The notes beneath the pieces were generated by a model that was given only the letters and a program-made list of their open reading frames with translations, had not been told where the DNA came from and did not search any database. From Minisyncoccia bacterium (GTDB lineage Bacteria > Patescibacteriota > Minisyncoccia > Phycocordibacterales > UBA9973), in the NCBI GenBank assembly GCA_039809265.1, contig JBDHUR010000003.1, positions 15,274-79,273 of the forward strand: DNA of 64,000 bases, written 5' to 3'. Positions 27,192 through 37,112 of the stretch are shown piece after piece. Every line of letters starts with the position of its first letter. Within the stretch, counting starts at the first letter, position 1. The position numbers and the translations under genes were made by a program.

Positions 27192-28982
27192 ATGAAAAGA
27201 AAAACTTACTTGAAACAAACTTTACAGTTCTTCAGGCCATTTTGGCCGTCTATAGCGATGATCGTTGGATTTATGGTTGTAGACATGATGTTGTCGCTTT
27301 TGAGTCCGTACTTATTTGGGAAAAGCGCAGATGCTGTTTTAGCCAAAGACGTAAATCATGCTTTAGTGCTTGTAGGGTTAGGCGCTCTGGTTTATATTAT
27401 GCAAACACAGGCGTTGCTTTATTTTAGAGAAAATATAGAAATCAAAAAACTTGATACGAATATAAATAGACATCTTTCAAATATTTCTCTATCAAAAATG
27501 CTTACTTTTTCTATAGGCCAGCACAACAATGAAAACTCCGGAGTAAAACAACACATAGTAAACCAAGGTCAAAATTCTTTGCCAGAAATGGTATTTCAGA
27601 TGCTTTACGAGATTGCACCTTTGGCTATAAGAGTTTTAATTACGGCAACAATTTTGTGTATTGTAGATTTTCGCTTAGGTATCTTTGTCTTACTTGCAAT
27701 AACTAGTTATTTACGAGTTACATTTATAGTAAATAAAAAATTTGTACCAACACTAATGAAGCTTCGCGAGCGGAGGCAGAGTGTAGCCAAATTTTCTTCA
27801 GAAATATATCGCAACTTCCCGCTTGTGGTTATAGAGGGTCAAGAGGAAAAAGCTAAGAAAGATTTTAGTAACACTGTTGAAGCAGTGGATCAGTTTGAAC
27901 AAAAACTTTGGCTAAATTGGAACAAAACTCTGCTCACTAACAGGTTTTTTATTTCTATCGGTCAGTGGGGAGGTCTAGCGATAGGTGTTTATCTGATAGC
28001 GCAAGGAAATATGAAAACAGGAATGTTCGTTACGTTGTCTTCTTGGCTTTCCAGTCTGTTCGGGTCACTTTATCAAGTGGGTCGCTTACAAAGAAGATAC
28101 ATAGTACTACTCTCTCAAATCAAAAAATATTTTGACATGATGGAAATAGAACCAGAAATTGTAAACACTGAAAATGCCATAAAGATTGAAGATGTGAACG
28201 GCAAAATAGAGTTTAAAGACGTCAGCTTTGCTTATCCTAAAAGAGAAACAGTTTTATCCGAGCAAGATGCTGAGGAAGCCGATGAAAAAGGTGAAATCAC
28301 TGTGCAAGACATAAGTTTTACCATAGAAGCTGGTCAAACTGTTGGTATTGTAGGTGAATCTGGTTCAGGTAAAAGTACTATTGTAAATCTCTTTCGCAGA
28401 TATCATGATCCAACAGAAGGCCAAATACTTGTAGATGATATAGACTTGAAACAAATAGATCTGCATTCATTGCGCAAACAAGTAGGTAATGTAGAACAAG
28501 AAGTTTCTCTTTTTGATACAACAATAAAAGAAAATATTTTGTTCGGCTTAAATGGTGAAGCAAAGAATTTTACGCGCGAAGATTTAGATAAAATTGCAAA
28601 GATGGCGTCTATAGACAAATTCATTGCGGAGTTAAAGGATGATTATAATACTGTGATAGGAGAAAAAGGCATTAAACTCTCTGGTGGTGAACGCCAAAGA
28701 ATTGCCATTGCCAGAGCTTTAGCAAAAAATCCAAAAATCTTGATATTTGATGAAGCAACTTCTGCGCTGGATTCTAACAACGAAAAGATTGTTCATGAAG
28801 CGATAAAGGCAAGCTCTAAAGGCAGGACCACTATCATTATCGCCCACAGACTTTCTACAGTGAAAGATGCAGACAAAATCTTGGTTATGAGCAAAGGCCG
28901 CCTTGTAGCAGAGGGCACACATGAAGAGCTTGTGCGCACAAACGCTGAGTACCAAAAGCTGGTGAAGAACCAGATATTTTAA
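27192..28982 (+). CDS. ABC exporter, fused permease-ATPase (type I exporter)
   Basis: 596 aa; 6-TM N-domain, Walker A GESGSGKST, signature LSGGERQRIAIARAL, Walker B ILIFDEATSALD. Confidence 0.85.
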   Translation: MKRKTYLKQTLQFFRPFWPSIAMIVGFMVVDMMLSLLSPYLFGKSADAVLAKDVNHALVLVGLGALVYIMQTQALLYFRENIEIKKLDTNINRHLSNISLSKMLTFSIGQHNNENSGVKQHIVNQGQNSLPEMVFQMLYEIAPLAIRVLITATILCIVDFRLGIFVLLAITSYLRVTFIVNKKFVPTLMKLRERRQSVAKFSSEIYRNFPLVVIEGQEEKAKKDFSNTVEAVDQFEQKLWLNWNKTLLTNRFFISIGQWGGLAIGVYLIAQGNMKTGMFVTLSSWLSSLFGSLYQVGRLQRRYIVLLSQIKKYFDMMEIEPEIVNTENAIKIEDVNGKIEFKDVSFAYPKRETVLSEQDAEEADEKGEITVQDISFTIEAGQTVGIVGESGSGKSTIVNLFRRYHDPTEGQILVDDIDLKQIDLHSLRKQVGNVEQEVSLFDTTIKENILFGLNGEAKNFTREDLDKIAKMASIDKFIAELKDDYNTVIGEKGIKLSGGERQRIAIARALAKNPKILIFDEATSALDSNNEKIVHEAIKASSKGRTTIIIAHRLSTVKDADKILVMSKGRLVAEGTHEELVRTNAEYQKLVKNQIF

Positions 28983-28989
28983 AAACTTC

Positions 28990-29025
28990 CCATAAAGGCA
29001 AATAGTCTTTGTGGGATTTTTTATA
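28990..29025 (+). terminator. terminator after ABC exporter
   Basis: tcccataaag-gcaaatagt-ctttgtggga followed by tttttt. Confidence 0.4.
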
Positions 29026-29053
29026 TCTAGCGTTTTATGGTAAAATACTTCCT

Positions 29054-30391
29054 ATGTCAAAACGTATTTATATAAAGGATTTACAAGCAGAAATTGGCAA
29101 GGAAGCAACTATATGCGGCTGGGTAAATGTCCGTCGCGACCAAGGAAAGATGGTGTTTTTTGACATTCGTGATTTTTCTGGGGTCATTCAAACTGTAGTT
29201 TTGCCCGGCAGTAAGGCAATAGAAACAGCAAAAGAAATAAAGCAGGAATCTGCTATCTCAATTAAAGGTAAGGTTAATGAACGCCCTGCTAAAAATAAAA
29301 ATCTAAAAGTGCAGAATGGAGATATAGAACTTGAAGTTTTAGAGATAGAAATTCTTGGCGTGGCAGAGAGTTTACCGTTTGATATGTCTGCTGATGGATT
29401 TAATTTGGATGTAACCACAGAACTCGACCATAGAGCATTGACACTACGCCACCCGCGCCTACAATCTATTTTTAAAGTACAATCTGCAATCATAGATTTA
29501 TTCCGTGAATTTATGAAGGCTCAAGATTTTTTTGAATTTCAGGCACCCTCAATTGTACCAGCCACAGCGGAAGGTGGAGCAGAGGTATTTCAGTTGGATT
29601 ATTTTGATAAAAAAGCGTACTTGTCTCAATCTCCGCAACTATATAAGCAAATTGTAATGTCAGCATTTGAAAGAGTATTCTCTGTTAATAAGGTTTTCAG
29701 GGCAGAACCATCAGCAACTACTAGACATCTTACAGAGATAGTCTCTTTAGATGTGGAATTTGGGTTTATAAATTCATGGCGTGATGTTAGGGACTTATCT
29801 GAAAAGACAGTTAGGTATATCTTGAATAATTTGAAATCAAGATGTGAAAAAGAACTAGAATTCCTGGGAGCTGTTTTACCAGAAATGATAAATGAAACAC
29901 CCACACTATCCCTAAAAGAAGCTCAGAATAAAATTTTTATAAAAACAGATAGAGATGTTCGGGGAGAAAAGGATTTAAACCCCGAAGATGAAAGGATTAT
30001 ATGTGAAATCATAAAAGAAGAAACGGGCTCTGATTTTGTGTATATTTATGGATATCCAACAAGACAAAAGCCGTTTTATGTCTTCCCAAATCCAGAAAAT
30101 CCAGAATTTAATGAAGGAATGGACCTATTATGTAAAGGGGTTGAATGGCTTTCAGGCGGAAGAAGAATAAATGACTACACACAACTAATGAAGCACGTAG
30201 AGGAGTGGGGTATGGACCCAGCAAAAATAGAAATGTTTCTAGAGGCTTTTAAGTATGGTGTTCCACCCGAAGGAGGTTTTGCTTTTGGGGCCGAACGCAT
30301 GACAATGCAAATACTTGGATTGAAAAACATCCGCGAGGCTTCTATGTTTCCTAGGGATATGCACCGCATAGATCAGCGGCTGTCGCAGTAG
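29054..30391 (+). CDS. class IIb aminoacyl-tRNA synthetase, AspRS (type 2) / AsnRS family
   Basis: Start trimmed to MSKRIY. N-terminal OB anticodon-binding domain, motif 2 FRAEPSATTRHLTE, motif 3 GGFAFGAERMTMQILG. Asp vs Asn specificity not resolvable by eye. Confidence 0.75.
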   Translation: MSKRIYIKDLQAEIGKEATICGWVNVRRDQGKMVFFDIRDFSGVIQTVVLPGSKAIETAKEIKQESAISIKGKVNERPAKNKNLKVQNGDIELEVLEIEILGVAESLPFDMSADGFNLDVTTELDHRALTLRHPRLQSIFKVQSAIIDLFREFMKAQDFFEFQAPSIVPATAEGGAEVFQLDYFDKKAYLSQSPQLYKQIVMSAFERVFSVNKVFRAEPSATTRHLTEIVSLDVEFGFINSWRDVRDLSEKTVRYILNNLKSRCEKELEFLGAVLPEMINETPTLSLKEAQNKIFIKTDRDVRGEKDLNPEDERIICEIIKEETGSDFVYIYGYPTRQKPFYVFPNPENPEFNEGMDLLCKGVEWLSGGRRINDYTQLMKHVEEWGMDPAKIEMFLEAFKYGVPPEGGFAFGAERMTMQILGLKNIREASMFPRDMHRIDQRLSQ

Positions 30392-30426
30392 CGAGTGGTT
30401 TTGTATTTTGTGAGATAGAATAAATT

Positions 30427-31092
30427 ATGGAAGAAACAAATGGAATTATAAATCAACTCGGGGCTCTGTCGTACTTTGGGATTTTCGGAGTTTCTTTACT
30501 TGCAAATATGGTAATACCCATACCAGAGGAAATTATACTTTTGGCGTTTGGTTACCTAGTTGGCACAGGGCATTTGTCAGCGTGGCTACTTATACCAATC
30601 CTTATTGCCGGACTTTTGATTAGCGACATAGTCATATACTGGCTGGCAAAGAAAGGTAATAAGCTCATCGTCGGCATATATAACAAATTCTTTTCTAAAA
30701 GATTGCCGCTGGATACAAGCTGGCTTTACTTGCACATAAACAAAGTTATTTTCTTTTCAAGATTTCTTATGCAGCTACGTTTCCTCGGGCCATTTCTTGC
30801 CGGACAACAAAATGTACCAATGAAGAGGTTTGTGAAAATAAATTTTCTTGCGCTTTTAATATATGTTCCGCTTTACATATTCATAGGTATGTACTTCCAT
30901 TCTAGAATAGGCAGAATAATAGACGGTATTGGCCTTGTGAAAAACATACTGCTTGTGGCTATCGGTGTAGTTGTGGTTATCTCTATCTCAAAATTCTTCA
31001 ACAGCATTATTTTTGGACCATACACCCTAGCCTTGCATGGTAAACCAGAGGAGCGCACGATTATACCTTTCATTTACAAAGTAAAAAAGTAA
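30427..31092 (+). CDS. DedA/TVP38-family (VTT domain) membrane protein
   Basis: 221 aa; LSYFGIFGVSLLANMVIPIPEEIILLAFGY typical DedA N-terminal region. Confidence 0.75.
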   Translation: MEETNGIINQLGALSYFGIFGVSLLANMVIPIPEEIILLAFGYLVGTGHLSAWLLIPILIAGLLISDIVIYWLAKKGNKLIVGIYNKFFSKRLPLDTSWLYLHINKVIFFSRFLMQLRFLGPFLAGQQNVPMKRFVKINFLALLIYVPLYIFIGMYFHSRIGRIIDGIGLVKNILLVAIGVVVVISISKFFNSIIFGPYTLALHGKPEERTIIPFIYKVKK

Positions 31093-31093
31093 T

Positions 31094-31915
31094 ATGGAAG
31101 ATACAAAATCCGCCTATAATGTAAAGACCCCTATTTTTGAAGGACCTTTTGATGTCCTACTTGATCTCATAGAACGCAGAAAACTTTTTATCAATGAAAT
31201 ATCTTTGGCGCAAGTCACAGACGACTATGTGTCCTATGTAAAGGGTTTGAATATGGCAGATGACGAAACTGCAGAAAATAAAAATTCTACAAATCTTCTA
31301 TCTGGTATCACTTCTTTCATCATCATTGCAGCTACGCTGATACTTATAAAATCCAAATCTATATTGCCCAACATGCTTTTGACCGAAGATGAAGAAAAAG
31401 AAATAGGCACATTGGAAAACAGATTACATTTGTATAAAGTTGCTCGCGATGCCGGAGAATATATAAAAAAGATATTCGGCAAATCTGTTATATTTTCACC
31501 GCTTGAACGTAAGAACGATGATGTGCGTTTTTCTCCAGACCCGCAAATCACGGCATTGTACATGCGCGAGCTTGCGGACGATGTATTTCGCAATATCCCA
31601 AGGAAAAATGAACCTCTGCCACAGGTAGAAGTGCGTAAAGTTATAAGCTTGGAAGAAATGATAGACAATCTTGGCAAGCGTATAGAGGAAAGTTTGACCA
31701 TGAACTTCCGAGAATTTTCTGGGCATAAAGGAGTAAAAACAAAAGAAGAAAAAGTCTTTGTTATTGTGTCGTTTCTTGCTATGCTGGAGCTAGTACGACA
31801 GGGGATAGTAGACGTGATCCAGAGCGCAAACTTTGACGAGATAGAGATGAAAAGACTTGAAAAATCTATGGAAGAATTTATGGATGACAGGGAAGCTAAT
31901 GAGGCTGTAGAATAA
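31094..31915 (+). CDS. scpA: segregation and condensation protein A
   Basis: 273 aa; FEGPFDVLLDLIERRKLFINEISLAQVTDDY. Confidence 0.8.
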   Translation: MEDTKSAYNVKTPIFEGPFDVLLDLIERRKLFINEISLAQVTDDYVSYVKGLNMADDETAENKNSTNLLSGITSFIIIAATLILIKSKSILPNMLLTEDEEKEIGTLENRLHLYKVARDAGEYIKKIFGKSVIFSPLERKNDDVRFSPDPQITALYMRELADDVFRNIPRKNEPLPQVEVRKVISLEEMIDNLGKRIEESLTMNFREFSGHKGVKTKEEKVFVIVSFLAMLELVRQGIVDVIQSANFDEIEMKRLEKSMEEFMDDREANEAVE

Positions 31916-31919
31916 AATT

Positions 31920-32450
31920 ATGGAACTTGATGCAAAAATAGAAGCATTACTTTTTTATACAGGCGAGCCGATGACGCTGAGTAAGCTCGCTTCGCTTTGT
32001 GATGTTTCAGAAGAAGATATACAAAACGCTTTGCCTGTGCTGAAAGAAAAACTAGAGAACAGAGGCATTATCCTTGTAGAAAAAGATAAAGAGATGATGC
32101 TTGGTGTACATAAAGAGCTTGGTGAGCTTGTAGAGAAATTGCGAAAAGACGATCTGAACAAAGAACTCTCAAAAGCAAGCTTGGAAACTTTGTCCATCAT
32201 TCTCTATACCGACAAGCCAACCCGTGCAGACATAGACTACATACGCGGGGTGAATTCCAGCTTTATCTTGCGCAACCTTATGATACGCGGTCTTGTAGAG
32301 AAATCTCAACACGAAGAAGATTCGCGCAAGTTTTACTACAAGCCTACATTTGAGCTACTTGGCTTCCTTGGCATTGGCGCTATTTCCGAGCTGCCAGAAT
32401 ACGAATCTGTTACAAAAGCGTTCAAGGGTGTAGAAGTAGAGTCTGAATAA
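31920..32450 (+). CDS. scpB: segregation and condensation protein B
   Basis: 176 aa; LEALLFYTGEPMTLSKLASL, tandem wHTH. Confidence 0.8.
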   Translation: MELDAKIEALLFYTGEPMTLSKLASLCDVSEEDIQNALPVLKEKLENRGIILVEKDKEMMLGVHKELGELVEKLRKDDLNKELSKASLETLSIILYTDKPTRADIDYIRGVNSSFILRNLMIRGLVEKSQHEEDSRKFYYKPTFELLGFLGIGAISELPEYESVTKAFKGVEVESE

Positions 32451-32453
32451 TCT

Positions 32454-33401
32454 ATGAAAAATCGGAGACTTATACAACTCTTGTGCGTGCTTTGCTTTAC
32501 CGAAATACTCGGTCTTGTATTTTGGAATGCTCAGTTTGAAAAAGAAGCGGCGGTGCGGGCTGTGTCCGCTGAAATTGCCAAATTTCAAAATCCCTTCAAC
32601 GAGATAAACATCCAAGCGCAAAATGCTGTAGTGATAGATTTGGATACTAACACCACTATATATGCGAAGCATTCTGACAAGCCGAAACCTATAGCTTCCA
32701 TAACAAAACTTATGACCACAGACGTGGCACTTTCAAATATAAAAATGGATGATGTGATTACTATAACGCAGAAAGCACTGGACACAGAGGGTAATGATGG
32801 GCTGAAACTTGACCAAAAATGGCAGGCAAAAGATCTTATACCATTTATGCTTGTACGATCTTCCAACGATGCAGCTGAAGCAATCCGTGAGCATATAGAA
32901 CAATCAGAAGACAACAATGTGCAAGACTTTATAAGTACTATGAATATGCGCGGACAAGCTCTTGGTTTACCGGGAATTTCGTTTCAAAATCCTTCTGGGC
33001 TAGACACAACAGAAAAAACTCCGACAGCTCTTGCTTCTGCCAAGGACGCAGTTCTTTTACTTCAGGACGTCTACGCCGAAAATCCTGAAATTATAGGCCA
33101 AACAAACAGCCCCGTGGCGAAATATAGTTCTCTAGATGGCAAAGAATATGAGATAAAAAATACCAATGAAGCTATACCATTTCTGCCTGGACTAATAGCC
33201 TCTAAAACCGGTTTTACAGATAGTGCGGGAGGGAATTTGGTTATCTTGGCTAGAACGACAGAAGGGAGAACACTGGGAATAAGTGTTCTCGGCTCCACCA
33301 TCAAAGGCCGCTTTGAAGATACAGTATTGCTTTTGCAAACCGCAAATGAATATTTCAACAGGCTTTACTCAAATCAACTAGAAAAATATTACCCTTGGTA
33401 G
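32454..33401 (+). CDS. D-alanyl-D-alanine carboxypeptidase (PBP5/6-type serine peptidase)
   Basis: Signal/TM N-terminus; SxxK (SITKLMT), SxN (RSSNDAA), KTG (SKTGFT). Confidence 0.8.
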   Translation: MKNRRLIQLLCVLCFTEILGLVFWNAQFEKEAAVRAVSAEIAKFQNPFNEINIQAQNAVVIDLDTNTTIYAKHSDKPKPIASITKLMTTDVALSNIKMDDVITITQKALDTEGNDGLKLDQKWQAKDLIPFMLVRSSNDAAEAIREHIEQSEDNNVQDFISTMNMRGQALGLPGISFQNPSGLDTTEKTPTALASAKDAVLLLQDVYAENPEIIGQTNSPVAKYSSLDGKEYEIKNTNEAIPFLPGLIASKTGFTDSAGGNLVILARTTEGRTLGISVLGSTIKGRFEDTVLLLQTANEYFNRLYSNQLEKYYPW

Positions 33402-33429
33402 GTTTACATTCGTATTTAATGAAAATAAT

Positions 33430-33462
33430 AAAAGCCAGACATGACGTCTGGCTTTTTGTTTA
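33430..33462 (+). terminator. rho-independent terminator
   Basis: aaaagccagac-atgac-gtctggctttt followed by tgttt. Confidence 0.6.
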
Positions 33463-33728
33463 GTCGTCTACATTTATATTATCTGATTTTATATAAGTGA
33501 AAAAGCATAAAACTATATATACCATTATTATCTGATAGCAAAACACTAAATAGCCCCACATTCCAATTTTTGTTACGTCACGTGATATAACAGTGGATAG
33601 AATAACTAACATAACAGTAGTTACAAAAATAATATTGTCTGCAATTTTTTATATATTATATTATACTTTTTATCACCAGTAAAGTTATACAGATACTGGG
33701 ATTATTAAGATTGGCTTGTTGAACAAGT

Positions 33729-34808
33729 GTGGTATACTTTGAAATTATGACGCTTCTGGACATAACAAAAGTCTTTTTGCCTGCAACACTCGCATTTATC
33801 ACGGGCATAGCCATCACTCCCGCTTTATCTCATTATTTTTACAGGTATAAGATGTGGAAAAAGCGCGACAGAAGCTTAGATACAAATTCGGATGCCTTCA
33901 AACAGATACACAAAGATAAAGTTGCGGCAGAACTTTCTACTCCAAGCGTAGGCGGAATAGTCATATGGGCTTCGGTTTTGATTTCCATTGGTGTTATATA
34001 TTTAGCTTCGGTTATATTTCCATCTGATCTTTCTTTCAAATTGAATTTTTTAAGCAGAAGCCAAACACTTGTGCCGCTAGGTATTTTTATTTTCGGCGCA
34101 ATGCTTGGGCTGGTGGATGATGCTTTGGAAATACGTGGATTTTCAAGCCTTACCAGAGATAGTAAGTGGTATACATGGATGAAGATTGCATGCGTGCTGC
34201 TTATAGGCCTTGTAGCAGGACTTTGGTTCCACAGTAAGCTTGGCATTTCTAGTATTGCTATACCATTTGATGGCAGGATAGAGCTGGGTGTATTCTTTGT
34301 GCCTTTCGTTATGTTTCTAATGCTAGCGGTTTTCTCTGGAGGGGTTATAGACGGGCTAGACGGTCTATCTGGCGGAGTAATGGCATCTATCTTTATGGCA
34401 TTTTCTGCTATATCTTTTGGCCATCATCAGCTAGACATGGCGGCGCTTTGTGCTGTTATCGCTTGTTCTACACTTGCATTTCTTTGGTTCAATATACCAC
34501 CAGCTAGGTTTTATATGGGAGAAACAGGAATGATGGCGCTCACAGTTACACTTGGGGCCATAGCAGTTATGACGGATTCAGTCCTCATACTACCTATAGC
34601 TGCATTTCCTCTTTTACTTACATCTTTGTCTGTCATCCTCCAAAAAGCTTCTCGTACGCTGCGTGGAGGGAAGAGAGTTTTTAAAGTTGCACCGCTTCAC
34701 CACCACTTTGAAGCTATCGGCTGGCCAAAATACAAAGTCACAATGCGATACTGGGTCATCTCTGTCATTTGTGCTATTATCGGCACTTTAATATCTTTCA
34801 TAAGTTGA
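33729..34808 (+). CDS. mraY: phospho-N-acetylmuramoyl-pentapeptide transferase
   Basis: 359 aa polytopic; LGLVDDALEI, MGETGMMAL, PLHHHFE motifs. Confidence 0.8.
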   Translation: MVYFEIMTLLDITKVFLPATLAFITGIAITPALSHYFYRYKMWKKRDRSLDTNSDAFKQIHKDKVAAELSTPSVGGIVIWASVLISIGVIYLASVIFPSDLSFKLNFLSRSQTLVPLGIFIFGAMLGLVDDALEIRGFSSLTRDSKWYTWMKIACVLLIGLVAGLWFHSKLGISSIAIPFDGRIELGVFFVPFVMFLMLAVFSGGVIDGLDGLSGGVMASIFMAFSAISFGHHQLDMAALCAVIACSTLAFLWFNIPPARFYMGETGMMALTVTLGAIAVMTDSVLILPIAAFPLLLTSLSVILQKASRTLRGGKRVFKVAPLHHHFEAIGWPKYKVTMRYWVISVICAIIGTLISFIS

Positions 34809-35929
34809 TGAAATCGCTCAAGGTAGATAAGATGTTTCTTTGGATTGTCAGCATACTTGTCGGTGTTGGATTTTTCCTATTCGTTTCAGCAGCATTGGGA
34901 ACTTTGGATAAAAATGAAAGCAAGTTTTACTCTGTGCTTATGAGCCAAGGCTTCGGACTGATAGGCGGAATCCTTGTATCATATATATGCTACAAAATAC
35001 CTTATACTTTTTGGAAAAAATACTCTCTGGTTTTATTTATTTGTTCTATCTTGTTGGTGCTTATGGTTTTTATTCCGAGCTTAACACTGGAGCATAATGG
35101 AGCAAGACGTTGGGTTAGTTTAGGATTTATCTCTTTTCAGCCTGTGGAATTTCTAAAAATTGCTTTTATAATATATGCAGCTGCATGGTTGTCCTACATA
35201 CGAGGCAAAATACATGATGCAAAATTTTCGGTCATTCCATTTTTATGTGTTACAGGGATTATAGCGCTAGTCTTAGCAAAGCAGCCTGACACAAAAAGTC
35301 TTATCCTTATCTTCATCTCAGGTATAGCAATGCTCTTTGTTTCTGGTATAAAGTGGAAATATTTAGGATACATAGCACTGGTCGGCGTAGTGGGGTTTTC
35401 TTTATTGCTTATTATAAACCCATACACTCAAAGTAGGGTCAAGACCTTCTTGAAACCAGATAGGGATCCGGCAGATCAGTCTTTCCAAATACAGCAATCT
35501 CTCATTGCAATTGGTTCTGGCAAAATCTTTGGCAGAGGTTTTGGTCAAAGTATAGAGAAATTTAGTAAACTGCCAGAACCTCAGGGGGACGCTATTTTTG
35601 CAGTAATAGGAGAAGAGTTTGGATTTATCGGAACTATGTCAGTGGTAATACTTTTTGTAATGTTTGCGTTACGCGGACTTCGCATAGCCAACATGGCCCC
35701 AGATATGTTTAGTAGACTTTTAGTAACCGGAATTGTTATACTCTTTACAACGCAAGCATTCTTAAATATTGCTTCGTTTATAGGTATATTTCCCTTAACG
35801 GGTGTACCACTTGTATTTATATCTCACGGCGGAACATCTCTTATGGTAGCACTTGCCAGCATCGGTATCATATTAAATATATCTAAATACCAGAAAAACA
35901 AAGCATTATCAGATAAAGAAATTCAGTAA
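34808..35929 (+). CDS. ftsW: SEDS-family peptidoglycan glycosyltransferase FtsW/RodA
   Basis: Start set at ATG overlapping the mraY stop (alternative Met 24 nt downstream). 10-TM SEDS protein. Confidence 0.8.
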   Translation: MKSLKVDKMFLWIVSILVGVGFFLFVSAALGTLDKNESKFYSVLMSQGFGLIGGILVSYICYKIPYTFWKKYSLVLFICSILLVLMVFIPSLTLEHNGARRWVSLGFISFQPVEFLKIAFIIYAAAWLSYIRGKIHDAKFSVIPFLCVTGIIALVLAKQPDTKSLILIFISGIAMLFVSGIKWKYLGYIALVGVVGFSLLLIINPYTQSRVKTFLKPDRDPADQSFQIQQSLIAIGSGKIFGRGFGQSIEKFSKLPEPQGDAIFAVIGEEFGFIGTMSVVILFVMFALRGLRIANMAPDMFSRLLVTGIVILFTTQAFLNIASFIGIFPLTGVPLVFISHGGTSLMVALASIGIILNISKYQKNKALSDKEIQ

Positions 35930-35930
35930 C

Positions 35931-37058
35931 ATGAAAATAGTTTTCACTGGCGGTGGTACAGGCGGACATTTCTACCCGATCATCGCTATAGCCGAAAAAG
36001 TAAATCAGATCATAGATCGCGACAAGATAGTTCAGGCGAAGCTTTACTATTTTTCTGATGACCCATATGACAAGGCGGCACTTTTTGATAACGGCATAAC
36101 ATTTAAGCAGATACCGGCAGGCAAGATGCGGGTGTATTTTTCCGTGCAAAACTTTTTTGATATGTTTAAAACTTTTACGGGTGTAGTAAAAGCTGTTTTT
36201 GCATTGTTTGCAATTTTCCCTGATGTTGTTGTAGGCAAGGGAGGGTATTCAAGCTTCCCAACATTGCTTGCTGCCAGGATACTGGGTATACCAGTAGTTA
36301 TCCACGAGTCAGATTCGTATCCGGGACGTGTAAATGTTTGGGCTGGAAAGTTTGCAAGGCGTGTAGCTGTATCATTTCAAGAGGCCGCGCAATATTTCCC
36401 AAAGAAAACTGTAGCATGGAGCGGACAGCCGATACGAGACGAGATAGCTCAGTCAGCAAAGGAAGGAGTGTTTGAATTTTTCAATTTAGATAAAAATATA
36501 CCTGTAGTATTAGTCTTGGGCGGTTCACTTGGCGCGCAAGTTATAAATGACGCTATCATAGATAGTCTGCCAAAACTTGTCTCCAACTATCAAGTCTTGC
36601 ACCAAACAGGTATCAAAAATTTTGAAGAAGTAAAAAATACTGCGGAGATAGTACTAGGAGACAACCCAAACAAAGCACATTACAAGCCTTTTCCTTTCAT
36701 GAATAACTTACAGCTGCGTATGGCAGCTGGTGCGGCAACTGTCGCCATCTCTCGCGGTGGATCTATGATATTTGAGATCGCTTCTTGGGGGGTGCCGGCA
36801 ATAATAATACCTATAACAAAGACAAACGGCGACCATCAAAGGAAAAATGCTTATACTTTCGCTGCAGCCGGCGCAGGTGAGGTAATGGAAGAAGCTAACC
36901 TGACAGGCTCTGTACTTGCCAGCGAGCTGGAACATCTTGTAAGCAATAAATCTCGCCTTGAACTTATGAAGAAAAATGCTGAAGCGTTTACCCAAAAGGA
37001 TGCTGCACTACACATAGCAGAGGAAATAGTCGGCATAGCTCTATCGCACGAGAAATAA
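35931..37058 (+). CDS. murG: UDP-GlcNAc:lipid I N-acetylglucosaminyltransferase MurG
   Basis: 375 aa; FTGGGTGGHFYP glycine loop, GT-B fold. Confidence 0.85.
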   Translation: MKIVFTGGGTGGHFYPIIAIAEKVNQIIDRDKIVQAKLYYFSDDPYDKAALFDNGITFKQIPAGKMRVYFSVQNFFDMFKTFTGVVKAVFALFAIFPDVVVGKGGYSSFPTLLAARILGIPVVIHESDSYPGRVNVWAGKFARRVAVSFQEAAQYFPKKTVAWSGQPIRDEIAQSAKEGVFEFFNLDKNIPVVLVLGGSLGAQVINDAIIDSLPKLVSNYQVLHQTGIKNFEEVKNTAEIVLGDNPNKAHYKPFPFMNNLQLRMAAGAATVAISRGGSMIFEIASWGVPAIIIPITKTNGDHQRKNAYTFAAAGAGEVMEEANLTGSVLASELEHLVSNKSRLELMKKNAEAFTQKDAALHIAEEIVGIALSHEK

Positions 37059-37112
37059 TTTTTTCCACACTGTCAACTCCATAACTACCTATATTTTTGA
37101 TAACATTGAGGT

